Shown here: positions 16,945-28,777 of the stretch, piece after piece | Position numbering within the stretch: position 1 is the stretch's first letter | Layout: each line of letters opens with the position of its first letter | NCBI GenBank assembly: GCA_027067975.1 | Contig: JAMOUS010000124.1 | Span: forward strand, 1-44,867 | DNA length: 44,867 bases | DNA from: Bacteroidales bacterium | GTDB taxonomy: Bacteria; Bacteroidota; Bacteroidia; Bacteroidales; VadinHA17 | Direction of reading: 5' to 3' | Made by a program: the position numbers and the translations under genes | The notes under the pieces: generated by a model | Told to the model about the DNA's origin: nothing | Database searches by the model: none | The model's input: the letters and a program-made list of their open reading frames with translations, nothing else

Positions 16945-19101
16945 TCACTCCTCCTCGGCCAGACGCAGGTCGAGCTGCCGCTTTTCAAGGTTCACCCGTG
17001 CAATCACCACACGGATGGGATCCCCCAATGTGAACTTGCGACCTTTTCTGCGACCGACGATCGTAAAGTTTTCCTCATCCAGTTCATAGAAATCATCCGC
17101 CAGCTCTCGGATGGGGATCATCCCCTCACACTTGTTCTCATTGATCTCCACGTAGATCCCCCAGTCGGTCACGCCGGCGATGATGCCGTCGTAAACATGC
17201 CCCACCTTGTCAGCCAGGTATTCCACCTGCTTGTACTTGATCGACGCCCGCTCGGCGTCGGTGGCCTTGCGCTCCATCTCCGAAGCATGGCGGCATCGCT
17301 CTTCGTATTCTTCCTCATCGACCGACTTGCCCCCTTTGAGGTATCGCTCCAGCAGTCGGTGGACCATCATGTCCGGATAACGACGAATGGGTGAGGTGAA
17401 GTGGGTGTAATAATCGAACGCCAGTCCGTAATGGCCGATGTTTTTGGTGGAATAGATCGCCTTGGCCATGGCCCGCAACGCCAATGTCTCAATAAGGTTC
17501 TGCTCCGGCTTGCCCACCACCTGTTTGATCAGCTTGTTCATCGACCGGGCCAGGGCCCTGCGGTTTTCGGTACGCACCTCGTAACCCAATTTCCGGGCGA
17601 TGCGCGTGAAGCTCTCCAACTTGTCTTCCTTGGGCTTGTCATGCACGCGGTAGACAAAGGTCTTCTCCCTGCCGCCGGCACTCATCTTCTTCCCCACCAA
17701 CTCGGCCACGTTACGGTTGGCCAACAGCATGAACTCCTCGATCAGTTGGTTTGCCTCCTTGCTCACCTTGAAAAAGACCCCCAGCGGGGTACCCTTTTCA
17801 TCAATGTCGAACTTCACCTCCACACGTTCGATGTCGAGCGAACCGTGCTGGAAACGCCGTTTGCGCATGATCTGTGCCAGCTCGTTCAGCTTGAGGATCT
17901 CCCGTGCCAGGTCGCCTTTGCCGGTCTCGATAATCTCCTGTGCCTCCTCATAGGTAAAACGCCGGTCGGAGCGGATCACCGTTTTGCCGAACCAGCTGTC
18001 CACCACCTTGGCGTCGGGGGTCATCTTGAAGACGGCCGAGAAGGTGAGTTTGTCCTCTTCGGGGTTGAGAGAGCAAACGCCGTTGGAGAGGTGTTCCGGC
18101 AGCATGGGCACCACACGGTCGACCAGATACACCGAGGTAGCCCGTTCGTACGCCTCGCGATCGAGGAGGGTGCCGGGGTGCACATAGTGGGTCACGTCGG
18201 CGATATGGACGCCTACCTCCACCATCCCTCCCCGCAGGAAACGGATGGACAGCGCATCGTCGAAATCTTTCGCGTCGGCCGGGTCGATGGTGAAAGTGGT
18301 CACCTTCCGGAAATCCCGCCGTCCCGCCAGGTCTTCCTTCGTGATCTTGTCGGAGATACGCCTGGCCGCCCGTTCCACCTCAGGTGTGAACTTCGCCGGC
18401 AGCTCGAACTCGGCCAGGATGGCATGGATCTCGGTCTCATGTTCTCCGGGATTCCCCAGCACCTCCACGATCTCTCCAAAAGGATTCTTCACCCTCTCCG
18501 GCCACTTGGTGATGCGGGCAACGGCTTTTTGGCCGTTCTTGGCACCATTGAGTTTCGACCGGGGAATGAAGATATCGTACGGCATCTGGCGGCTGTCGGG
18601 GATCAAAAAAGCATAATGGCCCGTGATCTCCACCACCCCCACGAAGGTCTTGCGCTTGCGCTCGATAATCTCCACCACCTCTCCTTCCAGACGACGGTTG
18701 CGGCGACGGGCGAAGAGGTATACCCGCACTTTGTCACCGTTCAGGGCATGGTGCAAGTTCGACTCGGTGACGTACACATCCTCATCCAACTCGTCGCTCA
18801 CCACATACGCACTGCCGTAGGGCGTCATGTACACCGTACCGATGATATAGCCCGTGCGGCTCTTGAACCGAAACTTCCCCGGATGCAGCTCCTCCAGCTT
18901 GTTTTCCTTCTTCAGCTCATGCAACAACTTCTCGATCAGCCGTCTCTGCTCCTTGCGGGTGAGGTTGAGCTGAGCCGCAATCTGCTTGTAGTTAAAGGCT
19001 TTGGACGGGTTGTTGGAAAAGATGCCCAGGATCTTGTTCTTCAGCGCCTGCCGATTGGTCAGTTCCTTATTTTTCTTTGTACTTTTCTTTTTCTTGCTCA
19101 T
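16945..19101 (-). CDS. rnr: Ribonuclease R
   Basis: N-terminal HTH and cold-shock domains, RNB motifs FTIDPADAKDFDDA, LIEEFMLLAN and YTHFTSPIRRYPD, and a C-terminal S1 domain. Confidence 0.97.
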   Translation of the reverse strand: MSKKKKSTKKNKELTNRQALKNKILGIFSNNPSKAFNYKQIAAQLNLTRKEQRRLIEKLLHELKKENKLEELHPGKFRFKSRTGYIIGTVYMTPYGSAYVVSDELDEDVYVTESNLHHALNGDKVRVYLFARRRNRRLEGEVVEIIERKRKTFVGVVEITGHYAFLIPDSRQMPYDIFIPRSKLNGAKNGQKAVARITKWPERVKNPFGEIVEVLGNPGEHETEIHAILAEFELPAKFTPEVERAARRISDKITKEDLAGRRDFRKVTTFTIDPADAKDFDDALSIRFLRGGMVEVGVHIADVTHYVHPGTLLDREAYERATSVYLVDRVVPMLPEHLSNGVCSLNPEEDKLTFSAVFKMTPDAKVVDSWFGKTVIRSDRRFTYEEAQEIIETGKGDLAREILKLNELAQIMRKRRFQHGSLDIERVEVKFDIDEKGTPLGVFFKVSKEANQLIEEFMLLANRNVAELVGKKMSAGGREKTFVYRVHDKPKEDKLESFTRIARKLGYEVRTENRRALARSMNKLIKQVVGKPEQNLIETLALRAMAKAIYSTKNIGHYGLAFDYYTHFTSPIRRYPDMMVHRLLERYLKGGKSVDEEEYEERCRHASEMERKATDAERASIKYKQVEYLADKVGHVYDGIIAGVTDWGIYVEINENKCEGMIPIRELADDFYELDEENFTIVGRRKGRKFTLGDPIRVVIARVNLEKRQLDLRLAEEE

Positions 19102-19176
19102 GGTTATTTCTGTAAAATAATTTTGTGAAATTAACGAATTCCGCCGATATTTGGGTTTATTGCATCCAAACCTTCT

Positions 19177-19932
19177 ATGGATCGTTCTTATGACACCGGT
19201 TTAGTCCTCAGTGGTGGCGGAGCCCGAGGCTTCGCCCACCTGGGGGTGTTGCAGGCGCTCGAGGAGGGCGGTATCCTTCCGGAGGTGATCTCGGGTGTCA
19301 GCGCCGGCGCCATCGTGGGGGTTTTTTACGCCGACGGCTATTCTCCCGCAGAGATCATGGACCTCTTTGTGAAGAAGAAGCTTTTCTCACTGGTGCGTTT
19401 CACCGTCCCCCGCAACGGCTTTTTGCGCCTTACCGGCCTGCGGGAGCTGTTACGTTCGGCCCTCCGCGCCCGCACCTTCGAAGCGCTGCATACCCCGCTG
19501 TGGATCACCGTCACCAACCTCAACAAGGGACGCGTCGAGTATATCCACGAAGGTCCCCTCGCCGATGTGGTCATCGCCTCGGCCAGCATCCCCATCCTCT
19601 TTGCTCCCCACCGTATCGGAAGATACCAGTACTGTGACGGCGGCGTTTTCGACGTTCTGCCCGTAAGCCCCATCCGCCATCTCTGCCGCCGGATCATCGG
19701 AGTCAACGTCAACCCCCACTGGGAGGAGGACAACATCTCCGGACTCATCAAGATGGCCGAGTGGTCGTTTTACCTGCGTATCCTCGCCTCCGTATGGAAA
19801 AACCTGGAGGAATGCGAAATCCGCATCGACCCCCAGGAGCTGAAAGGTTACGGCATCTTTGACATCTCGCGTGCCCGGGAGATGTTCGACATTGGCTATG
19901 CAGAAGCCCGCCGTGTGCTCGAAGGCGATTAA
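19177..19932 (+). CDS. Patatin-like phospholipase
   Basis: LSGGGARG, GVSAG (nucleophile Ser), ASASIP and DGG. Confidence 0.93.
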   Translation: MDRSYDTGLVLSGGGARGFAHLGVLQALEEGGILPEVISGVSAGAIVGVFYADGYSPAEIMDLFVKKKLFSLVRFTVPRNGFLRLTGLRELLRSALRARTFEALHTPLWITVTNLNKGRVEYIHEGPLADVVIASASIPILFAPHRIGRYQYCDGGVFDVLPVSPIRHLCRRIIGVNVNPHWEEDNISGLIKMAEWSFYLRILASVWKNLEECEIRIDPQELKGYGIFDISRAREMFDIGYAEARRVLEGD

Positions 19933-20900
19933 AATGTCTCTGCCGCGATCCGCCGCACATTGTCGGCTTTCCCCATCGTGAAGAAATGCACCACCGGTAC
20001 GCCGTGGGCGATGAGCTCCCTCGTCTGGGCAATGCCCCACTCGATTCCCACCTCATACACCTGCCGGTCGTCTTTGCATTTCAGCACCTCTTTCACCAGC
20101 TCTTCCGGCAGGTTGATGTGGAATGTCGAGGGCAGCAGCGTCAGCTGACGCTTTGTGGAGAGCGGCTTCAGGCCCGGGATGATGGGCACCGTAATGCCCG
20201 CTTCGCGACACCGTCGCTCAAACTCGAAAAATTTCCGGTTGTCGAAAAACATCTGTGTCACGATGAACTCCGCACCGGCATCCACCTTCTCTTTCAGAAA
20301 ATGCAAGTCCGACTCGAAGTTCGGGGCTTCGGCATGCTTTTCGGGATACCCTGCCACCCCCACGCAAAAGTCGGTTGCGCTGGGCTCCTGCAGTTCGGGG
20401 TCGAGGTAAACGCCCCGGTTCATGTCGACGATCTGCCGCACCAGGTCGAGGGCATGGGCATGCCCTCCCTTTTCGGGCACGAAGGCGCCGACCCCCCGCG
20501 GCGGATCGCCCCGCACCGCCAGAACATTGCGGATCCCCAAAAAGTTCAAGTCGATCAGGGCGTTTTCCGTCTCCTCCTTCGTAAACCCTCCGCAGATGAG
20601 GTGCGGCACCACCATCACCTTGTAGCGGTGCTGGATGGCGGCTGAGATGGCCACCGTCCCCGGACGTTTCCAGACGGTTCGCCGCTCAAGCAAACCTTCC
20701 CCAACCTGGCGGTAGACCACCTCCTCCTGATGGTAGGTCACGTTGATGTAAAGCGGTTCGAACTCCATCAAAGGATCGATCCGTTCGTAAATGTAACGAA
20801 TATCCCTGCCCTTGGGCGGGGGCAACAGCTCGAACGAAAAACGTGTACCCTGCAGCTCCTGCAGGGCGTCGGAGAGTTTCTTTCCCGAGAGATCATCCAT
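19929..20900 (-). CDS. metF: Methylenetetrahydrofolate reductase
   Basis: [35 protein letters not shown] and [13 protein letters not shown]. Overlaps the metH stop. Confidence 0.95.
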   Translation of the reverse strand: MDDLSGKKLSDALQELQGTRFSFELLPPPKGRDIRYIYERIDPLMEFEPLYINVTYHQEEVVYRQVGEGLLERRTVWKRPGTVAISAAIQHRYKVMVVPHLICGGFTKEETENALIDLNFLGIRNVLAVRGDPPRGVGAFVPEKGGHAHALDLVRQIVDMNRGVYLDPELQEPSATDFCVGVAGYPEKHAEAPNFESDLHFLKEKVDAGAEFIVTQMFFDNRKFFEFERRCREAGITVPIIPGLKPLSTKRQLTLLPSTFHINLPEELVKEVLKCKDDRQVYEVGIEWGIAQTRELIAHGVPVVHFFTMGKADNVRRIAAETF

Positions 20901-23900
20901 TTTCCCTGACGATTAGATGTGAAAGATAACGTTCGGCCTCTTCGAGAGGGATCCCCTTCCGCATGGCATAGTCGGCCACCTGGTCGTCGAGGATTCTGCG
21001 GATATCGAAATATACCGACTCAGGATGCGAGAAGATGAGGCCGCTCACCGAGGCGGCCGGCATCATGGCAAAGCCTTCGGTAAGACGGATGCCCGTATGC
21101 TTTTCCGCTTCCAGCATCGCAAAGAGGGTGCGTTTCTCGGAATGATCGGGACAGGCCGGATAACCGTATGCGGGGCGTATGCCCTGGTATTTCATGCGGA
21201 ACAATTCTTCCTTGCTAAGCCGCTCGTCGGGGGCAAAGCCCCAAAGCTCTTTCCGCACCTTCTCATGGAGCCATTCGGTGGCCGCCTCGGCCAGCCGGTC
21301 GGCCAGTGCCTTGACCATCAACGCCCGGAAGTCGTCATGCTCCTTCTCGAATTTCTCAAGATAATGTTCCAAGCCGATGCCGCCGGTGACGGCAAAAAGG
21401 CCGAGGTGGTCGTGCAGCGGCACCGACACCGGCGCAATGAAGTCGCTGAGACAGAGGTTATGTCCCGTGGGAGTCTTGGCCTCTTGTTGTCGCAGGTGGT
21501 GGAGGATGCCCTTTTCTTTTTTTCTCTCCTCATCCTCATAGACGATGATGTCGTCGCCGCGGGCGGCGGCCGGCAGCAGGCTCACCACCGCCCGAACCTG
21601 CAGGATGCCCTCGCACCGCAGCCGCTCAAGGCATTGAAGCCCCTCCTCGTACACACGCCGCGCCTCGGCCCCCCGCTCGGGATGGTCGAGGATGCCGGGG
21701 AACTTGCCCTTGAGCTCCCACACGTGAAAGAAAAAGGTCCAGTCAATATAAGGGATCACCTCGTCCAAGGGGATATTCTCATAGACGGTGATGCCGGGAT
21801 GGCGCGGCGGCGGAGGGACATATTGGTCCCAGTCGATACGGCAGCGGCGGTGCCGGGCCTCCTCCAAGGGCAGGTACTGTCCCAGCCCGCGGCGGTTCAT
21901 GCGGCGCAGTTGCTCATAGTAACGGTCGGTCTCCTCCAGGAAACGCTGCCGCTCGCCGGAGAGCAGGCTCCCCACCACCGCCACACTGCGCGAGGCATCC
22001 TTCACATGCACCACGCCATGACTGTAATGGGGCCGTATCTTCACCGCCGTATGCATCACCGAGGTGGTAGCGCCGCCGATGAGGAGGGGTTGCGTGAAGC
22101 CTTTCCGCTCCATCTCCTGCGCCACATGCACCATCTCCTCAAGCGAGGGGGTGATCAGCCCGCTCAGGCCGATGATGTCGGCCTGCTCGCGGCGTGCCGT
22201 CTCGAGGATCTTCTCCGCCGGCACCATCACCCCCAGGTCGATGATCTCGTAGTTGTTGCACTGCAAGACGATGCCGACGATGTTCTTGCCGATGTCATGG
22301 ACGTCACCCTTGACGGTGGCCAGCACCACTTTCCCTGCGGCCTGCTGCCGGCCGCCGCCTGCGGCTTTTTCCTCCTCGAGCACCGGCTCGAGCACCGCCA
22401 CCGCCTTTTTCATCACACGGGCACTCTTGATCACCTGCGGCAGGAACATCTTCCCCGCCCCGAAGAGATCTCCCACCTTGTTCATCCCCTCCATCATCGG
22501 TCCTTCGATGATGTCGAGGGCGGAGGGATAGGTACGGATCGCCTCCTGCATATCCTCCTCGACATAGTCGGGGATGCCCTTCACCAGGGAGTGGATGATG
22601 CGCTCGTGGAGGGGCAGCTTGCGCCAGCTTTCCCCTCCTTTCTCCTCCACTTCGCCGCCCGTGCTGTCGGCCTGGGCAGCGTACTCCAGCAGCCGCTCCG
22701 TAGCGTCGGGCCGGCGGTCGAAGATCAGATCCTCCACCCGCTCCAGCAATTCCGGCGGGATCTCATCGTACAGCGGCAGCTTGCCGGCATTGACGATGGC
22801 CATGTCGAGGCCGGCCTTCACGGCATGATAGAGGAAAGCCGCATGCATCGCCTCACGGATGGGGTTATGCCCGCGGAACGAGAAAGAAAGGTTGCTGATG
22901 CCGCCGCTGGTATGCACATACGGCAGATGCTCTTTCACCCACCGCACCGCCTCGATGAACTCCACCGCATAACGGTTGTGTTCTTCGATGCCGGTGCCGA
23001 TGGCCAGGACATTGAGGTCGAAGATGATATCTTCGGGCGGGAAGTGGGCTTTTTCCGTGAGCAGGCGGTAGGCTCTTTCGGCGATGGCCGTGCGCCGCTC
23101 GAAGGTGGTGGCCTGTCCCTCCTCGTCGAAGGCCATCACCACCACAGCAGCCCCGTAACGCCGGATGCGGCGGGCTTTTTCCAAAAAGTCTTCCTCCCCC
23201 TCCTTCAGGCTGATCGAGTTGACGATGCCCTTGCCCTGCAGACATTTCAGGCCGGCCTCGATCACCTCCCACTTCGACGAGTCGATCATCACCGGCACGC
23301 GGGCGATCTCGGGGTCGGCCGCCAGCAGGTTGAGGAAGGTGACCATGGCCCGGCGGGCGTCGAGCATGGCGTCGTCCATGCTGACATCGATGACCTGCGC
23401 GCCGTTCTCCACCTGCTGGCGTGCCACGGCCAGCGCCTCCTCGTATTTCTCTTCGCGGATGAGCCGCGCAAAACGCCGCGACCCCGCCACGTTGGTGCGT
23501 TCGCCGATGTTGATGAGGTTGCTTCCCCGGAACACCTTCAGCGGCTCCAGGCCGGCCAGCTGCAGCACATGCTCGCTTCCGCCCAGCGGACGGGGCTGCT
23601 TGCCGGCAGCACGGGCGGCGAAGGCCCGGATGTGATCGGGCGTGGTGCCGCAACACCCTCCGATGATGTTGACATGCCCCCGCGCCATCAGCCGCTCCAG
23701 CACCTCCCCCATCTGGTCGGGGGTCGACTCATATTCGCCGAACTGGTTGGGAAAACCTGCATTGGGATGCACGCTCACCGGCAGGGGCGTAAGCTTCGAG
23801 AGCTCCTCGACAAAAGGCTCCAGCTCCTCGGCCCCCAGCGAACAGTTCAACCCCAGACTGAAGAGCGGCGCATGCGAGATGCTGACGACAAAGGCCTCCA

Positions 23901-24600
23901 GCGTCTGTCCCGAGAGGGTGCGGCCGCTGGCGTCGACCACCGTCACCGAGACCATCACCGGCAGCCGGCGCCCTACCTCTTCGAACACCTCCTCGAGGGC
24001 GAACAGCGCCGCCTTGGCATTGAGCGTGTCGAAGACCGTCTCGAGCATCAACAGGTCGACCCCTCCGTCGATGAGCCCCCGCGCCTGTTCGGCATATACC
24101 TCCCGCAGATCATCAAAAGTGACCGCACGGTAACCGGGATCTTCCACCTTCGGGGAGATGGAAGCCGTCTTGTTGGTCGGGCCTATCGTGCCGATGACAA
24201 AACGGGGTTTCTCCGGCGTGATCGCCGTATACCGGTCGGCCGCCGCACGCGCCAGCCGCGCCGCCGCTACGTTTATCTCATATACCAAATCCTCCATACC
24301 ATAATCGGCCAACGAAATGCGGTTGGCATTGAAGGTGTCGGTCTCGATCATATCGGCTCCCGCCTCCAGGTATAGCTCATGGATCCCCCGGATGATCCCG
24401 GGACGTGTCAGCACCAACAGGTCGTTGTTGCCCTTCTGCGGCATGGGATGATCCCGGAAACGCTCCCCCCGGTAATCTTCTTCCGAAAGACCATGGCTCT
24501 GGATCATCGTGCCCATGGCCCCGTCCATCACCAAGATCCGTTCCGATAATATCTTTTTCAGGCGTTCCTCCACTTCTTTTCTTTCTCCTTTCCTATCCAT
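20893..24600 (-). CDS. metH: Cobalamin-dependent methionine synthase
   Basis: [33 protein letters not shown] (B12 binding), GGATTS and [12 protein letters not shown]. The ATG at 24600 lies downstream of a TAnnTTTG element. Confidence 0.97.
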   Translation of the reverse strand: MDRKGERKEVEERLKKILSERILVMDGAMGTMIQSHGLSEEDYRGERFRDHPMPQKGNNDLLVLTRPGIIRGIHELYLEAGADMIETDTFNANRISLADYGMEDLVYEINVAAARLARAAADRYTAITPEKPRFVIGTIGPTNKTASISPKVEDPGYRAVTFDDLREVYAEQARGLIDGGVDLLMLETVFDTLNAKAALFALEEVFEEVGRRLPVMVSVTVVDASGRTLSGQTLEAFVVSISHAPLFSLGLNCSLGAEELEPFVEELSKLTPLPVSVHPNAGFPNQFGEYESTPDQMGEVLERLMARGHVNIIGGCCGTTPDHIRAFAARAAGKQPRPLGGSEHVLQLAGLEPLKVFRGSNLINIGERTNVAGSRRFARLIREEKYEEALAVARQQVENGAQVIDVSMDDAMLDARRAMVTFLNLLAADPEIARVPVMIDSSKWEVIEAGLKCLQGKGIVNSISLKEGEEDFLEKARRIRRYGAAVVVMAFDEEGQATTFERRTAIAERAYRLLTEKAHFPPEDIIFDLNVLAIGTGIEEHNRYAVEFIEAVRWVKEHLPYVHTSGGISNLSFSFRGHNPIREAMHAAFLYHAVKAGLDMAIVNAGKLPLYDEIPPELLERVEDLIFDRRPDATERLLEYAAQADSTGGEVEEKGGESWRKLPLHERIIHSLVKGIPDYVEEDMQEAIRTYPSALDIIEGPMMEGMNKVGDLFGAGKMFLPQVIKSARVMKKAVAVLEPVLEEEKAAGGGRQQAAGKVVLATVKGDVHDIGKNIVGIVLQCNNYEIIDLGVMVPAEKILETARREQADIIGLSGLITPSLEEMVHVAQEMERKGFTQPLLIGGATTSVMHTAVKIRPHYSHGVVHVKDASRSVAVVGSLLSGERQRFLEETDRYYEQLRRMNRRGLGQYLPLEEARHRRCRIDWDQYVPPPPRHPGITVYENIPLDEVIPYIDWTFFFHVWELKGKFPGILDHPERGAEARRVYEEGLQCLERLRCEGILQVRAVVSLLPAAARGDDIIVYEDEERKKEKGILHHLRQQEAKTPTGHNLCLSDFIAPVSVPLHDHLGLFAVTGGIGLEHYLEKFEKEHDDFRALMVKALADRLAEAATEWLHEKVRKELWGFAPDERLSKEELFRMKYQGIRPAYGYPACPDHSEKRTLFAMLEAEKHTGIRLTEGFAMMPAASVSGLIFSHPESVYFDIRRILDDQVADYAMRKGIPLEEAERYLSHLIVRENG

Positions 24601-24623
24601 ATTCCGTATGCTCTCCGCTTTTG

Positions 24624-24631
24624 CAAAATTA
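24624..24631 (-). promoter_or_regulatory. -7 element (TAATTTTG) for metH-metF
   Basis: Plus-strand CAAAATTA, 24 nt upstream of the metH ATG. Confidence 0.55.
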
Positions 24632-24719
24632 TCTATTTCTCCCAACCCGGCCATCCCAGGGGGGAGAGGGGATGCGAAGGGCTTTATGGCTTGGCTTTAT
24701 GGTCTCTCTTCGTACCTGC

Positions 24720-25739
24720 TCACTCCTCTTCGAGGAAAGGGCGGATGATCCCGGTGAGTTTCTCCGTCTCGATGAGAAAACCGTCGTGCCCGTACAGGGA
24801 GTCGATCTCCCGGTAAGTACCATGGGCAACGTGTTCGGCAAGATATTTCTGTTCGTAGGTGGGAAAGAGCAGGTCGCTGGAGATGCCGATGGCGAGGACA
24901 CGGGCTTTCACACGTCGCAGGGCTGCTTCCTTGCCTCCACGACCCCGGCCGACATTGTGGGTGTCGGAGAGGTTCAGCAGATGATAGTAGGTATAGGCAT
25001 CGAAGCGTCTCACCAGTTTGTCGCCTTGGTAGTTTTGGTATGAGATGGCGCGGAAGCCGGTGAGTTTGTCATCGTCCTCGTCCTGTTGGGTTTTGTTGTA
25101 GATGGTATCGTTGCGGTAGCTGAGGAGGGCCAGGGAGCGGGCGGCGCGCAGACCCTTGTCACCACCGCCGGGACGGTCCTCAAAAAAGGTGGCATCGGCC
25201 TCGATGGCCAAGCGCATGCTCTGGTTGAAGGCGATCCCCCACGGTGCGTACTGCACGCTCGAGGCCAGAAAAGCCAGCCGCTCGATCAGGTCGGGATACA
25301 TGATGCAGTACTCCAGTGCCTGCTGGCCGCCGATGGAACCGCCGATGACCATGCGGATCTTCCGGATCCCCAGATGCCGCCGCACCAGCTCATGCCCTTC
25401 CACCACATCACGGAAGGTCATCAGCGGAAACGACCGGTACCACGGCCGTCCCGTCTCCGGGTTCACCGACATGGGTCCTGTGGAACCATAACACGAACCC
25501 AGGATGTTGGCACAGACGATAAAATATTTCTCAGTATCGAGCAGTTTTCCAGGCCCCACCATACCGGGCCACCACTCCTCCACGTCGGAGTTGGCCGTGA
25601 GGGCATGGCACACCCAGATCACATTGTCCCTTTCCGCATTGAGGGTGCCATAAGTGTGATAAGCGATCTCCACCCCCGGCAGGGTACCCCCGGCCTCAAG
25701 GGGAAAAGGCTTTTCATGTTTCAGTCGCTGCAGTCCCAT
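24720..25739 (-). CDS. metX: Homoserine O-acyltransferase (MetX, alpha/beta hydrolase)
   Basis: CHALT, NILGSCYGSTGP, GGSIGG nucleophile, SDLLFP and GHDGFL. Acetyl versus succinyl specificity cannot be read by eye. Confidence 0.93.
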   Translation of the reverse strand: MGLQRLKHEKPFPLEAGGTLPGVEIAYHTYGTLNAERDNVIWVCHALTANSDVEEWWPGMVGPGKLLDTEKYFIVCANILGSCYGSTGPMSVNPETGRPWYRSFPLMTFRDVVEGHELVRRHLGIRKIRMVIGGSIGGQQALEYCIMYPDLIERLAFLASSVQYAPWGIAFNQSMRLAIEADATFFEDRPGGGDKGLRAARSLALLSYRNDTIYNKTQQDEDDDKLTGFRAISYQNYQGDKLVRRFDAYTYYHLLNLSDTHNVGRGRGGKEAALRRVKARVLAIGISSDLLFPTYEQKYLAEHVAHGTYREIDSLYGHDGFLIETEKLTGIIRPFLEEE

Positions 25740-25742
25740 CCG

Positions 25743-27092
<1,350 letters not shown>

Positions 27093-27121
27093 TCAGGCAA
27101 GGTCACAACACATGTCCCCTT

Positions 27122-27205
27122 TCACATCAAAGGATCATGGATCACCGGCAGGAAACGGTATCCCCGGTCACAGGGCAAACAGAAAATGGAAACGCTGCCT
27201 TTCAT
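27122..27205 (-). CDS. Candidate 27-aa leader peptide MKGSVSIFCLPCDRGYRFLPVIHDPLM
   Basis: ATG 15 nt downstream of the SAM-I aptamer, open to TGA at 27124-27122. Translation is not demonstrated. Confidence 0.3.
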   Translation of the reverse strand: MKGSVSIFCLPCDRGYRFLPVIHDPLM

Positions 27206-27220
27206 GGACGATCGGTTTAA

Positions 27221-27328
27221 TTTATCATCTCCCGGCATGCCGGGATTAGGTTTTAGCACCTTTCCCCGGCCGACCGGGGGGGTTGCTAGAGGTTCACAGA
27301 GCCTAATCTCTCCCCTCTTCTCAATAAA
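27221..27328 (-). ncRNA. SAM-I (S-box) riboswitch upstream of metY-metX
   Basis: Minus strand reads TTTATTGAGAAGAGGGGAGAGATTAGGCTCTGTGAACCTCTAGCAACC...GGTGCTAAAACCTAATCCCGG...GGGAGATGATAAA. It has P1, the kink-turn GA/TGA elements, the GCAACC/GGTGC core and a GATTAGG/CCTAATC pseudoknot, and sits before met genes. Confidence 0.9.
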
Positions 27329-27371
27329 TCAAACACCCTTTTTTTCAAAAGAATATTTGAACGTGTGGGAG

Positions 27372-27403
27372 CAAAACTACGCCCGGGAAATGAGATTTCC
27401 AAA
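27372..27403 (-). promoter_or_regulatory. Bacteroidota sigma-A promoter for the SAM-I/met transcript
   Basis: Minus-strand TTTG (27403-27400), 20-nt spacer, TAGTTTTG (27379-27372). Confidence 0.7.
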
Positions 27404-27472
27404 ATTTTTTTGTTTAATTGACCATTGGAAGGCTTCACCGCACGGGGGTCCTCCACCCAATGAACCGAAAGC

Positions 27473-28573
27473 ATGCACATCATCATCACCGGCACGCGGG
27501 GTATTCCTGCCCGTTACGGAGGCTTCGAGACCTTTGCGCAGGAGCTGTCGCGCCGTCTGGTGGCGGCGGGGCACGAGGTGGGTGTTTGTGTACCCTCCTC
27601 CCATCCTGACAAATCGAACGTGTGGGAGGGAATCCGGCGGCTGCGTCATCCCTGGCCTCCCGGTGCGGCGGGGGTGTTGTGGTACGACCTGCGCTGTCTG
27701 GTCGACGCCTACCGCCGACGGCCGGATGTGATCCTCAACTGCGGTTACGGCAATGCCCTCTTTCTCCGTCCACATCACCGTGTGCCGGTGGTGACGCTCA
27801 CCGACGGACTGGAATGGCGGCGGGCCGGCTGGTCCTGGCCCGCCCGCCGCTGGCTCCAGGCGATGGAGCGGCTGGCCGTACGCCGCAGCCGGCAGCTCGT
27901 CTCCGACCATCCCGCCATCGCGCAGCATTTCCGGGACACCTACGGCATCGACACACCCGTGATCCCCTACGGGGCAGAGATCCCCGGCCCGCTGCCGCCG
28001 CCGGAGAACCTCGCCGGGATGCCGGAGATCCTCAAAGGCAGGACGACGCCGGGAAAGTATTTCCTCACCGTGGCACGCTTCGTGCCGGAGAACCATCTTA
28101 CCCTGATCCTGGAGGCTTTCCGGCGGGCGGGGCTGACCGAACCGTTGGTGGTGGTGGGGAGTCCGCGCGACCGCTACGGCCGGAGGCTGGTGCTGAGGTA
28201 CGGCACTGCCGGCAATATCCTCTTTGCCGGTGCGATCTACGACAAACCGCTCCTCGACAGCCTGCGGCAGCATGCCCGCGGCTACCTGCACGGCCACTCC
28301 GCAGGCGGTACCAACCCCGCCCTTCTCGAGGCCATGGCCGCCGGCAACCTCATCGCCGCCCACGACAACCCCTTCAACCGCTACATATTGCCGGAAGGAA
28401 ACGCATTCTTCGACTCCGCCGGCTCCCTCAAACGTCTGCTCGAAACATGGCAAAACTATGAAGACCATCGCGAACTACTGAAAAAGGAAGCCCTCCGCCG
28501 TCTCCGGGAAGAATACGACTGGCAAAAGATCACCTCCCGCTACTTGGAACTGTTCGGATCCTTACGCTCCTGA
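27473..28573 (+). CDS. GT4 glycosyltransferase with DUF1972-like N-terminus
   Basis: GTRGIPARYGGFETF, DGLEWRR, ARFVPEN, HGHSAGGTNPALLEAMA and HDNPFNR. Confidence 0.9.
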   Translation: MHIIITGTRGIPARYGGFETFAQELSRRLVAAGHEVGVCVPSSHPDKSNVWEGIRRLRHPWPPGAAGVLWYDLRCLVDAYRRRPDVILNCGYGNALFLRPHHRVPVVTLTDGLEWRRAGWSWPARRWLQAMERLAVRRSRQLVSDHPAIAQHFRDTYGIDTPVIPYGAEIPGPLPPPENLAGMPEILKGRTTPGKYFLTVARFVPENHLTLILEAFRRAGLTEPLVVVGSPRDRYGRRLVLRYGTAGNILFAGAIYDKPLLDSLRQHARGYLHGHSAGGTNPALLEAMAAGNLIAAHDNPFNRYILPEGNAFFDSAGSLKRLLETWQNYEDHRELLKKEALRRLREEYDWQKITSRYLELFGSLRS

Positions 28574-28683
28574 TCCCACACAGGACCCTCGAATGAAAAC
28601 CCAACACTTTTGATAAAGTATTTTCATTATTTCTGATAAATATCTTTTTATATCTATGTAAACCAGGAGAGTAGCATAACATA

Positions 28684-28717
28684 ACTACGTAGAGAGCTAC
28701 GTAGCTCTCTACGTAGT
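28684..28717. repeat. Perfect 34-bp palindrome containing three CTACGTAG units
   Basis: ACTACGTAGAGAGCTACGTAGCTCTCTACGTAGT is its own reverse complement. Confidence 0.95.
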
Positions 28718-28777
28718 ACGTGTGCAACTGTCTGTATATCTGTCTTTTCTCTGTTTTCGGAAAGGGGATGTTCCGTT

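Noticed and set aside
21025-24375. 1116-aa plus-strand ORF antisense to metH
   Set aside because: Shadow ORF caused by high-GC codon bias. It has no recognisable motifs, while the opposite strand is a clear MetH.
24601-24719. Cobalamin riboswitch ahead of metH
   Set aside because: The gap is short and I cannot find the B12-box or GGGAA/GCCACTG core motifs.
27186-27731. 181-aa plus-strand ORF and 27286-27495(-) ORF across the met leader
   Set aside because: They overlap the SAM-I riboswitch, promoter and GT4 start in another frame and have no recognisable domain.
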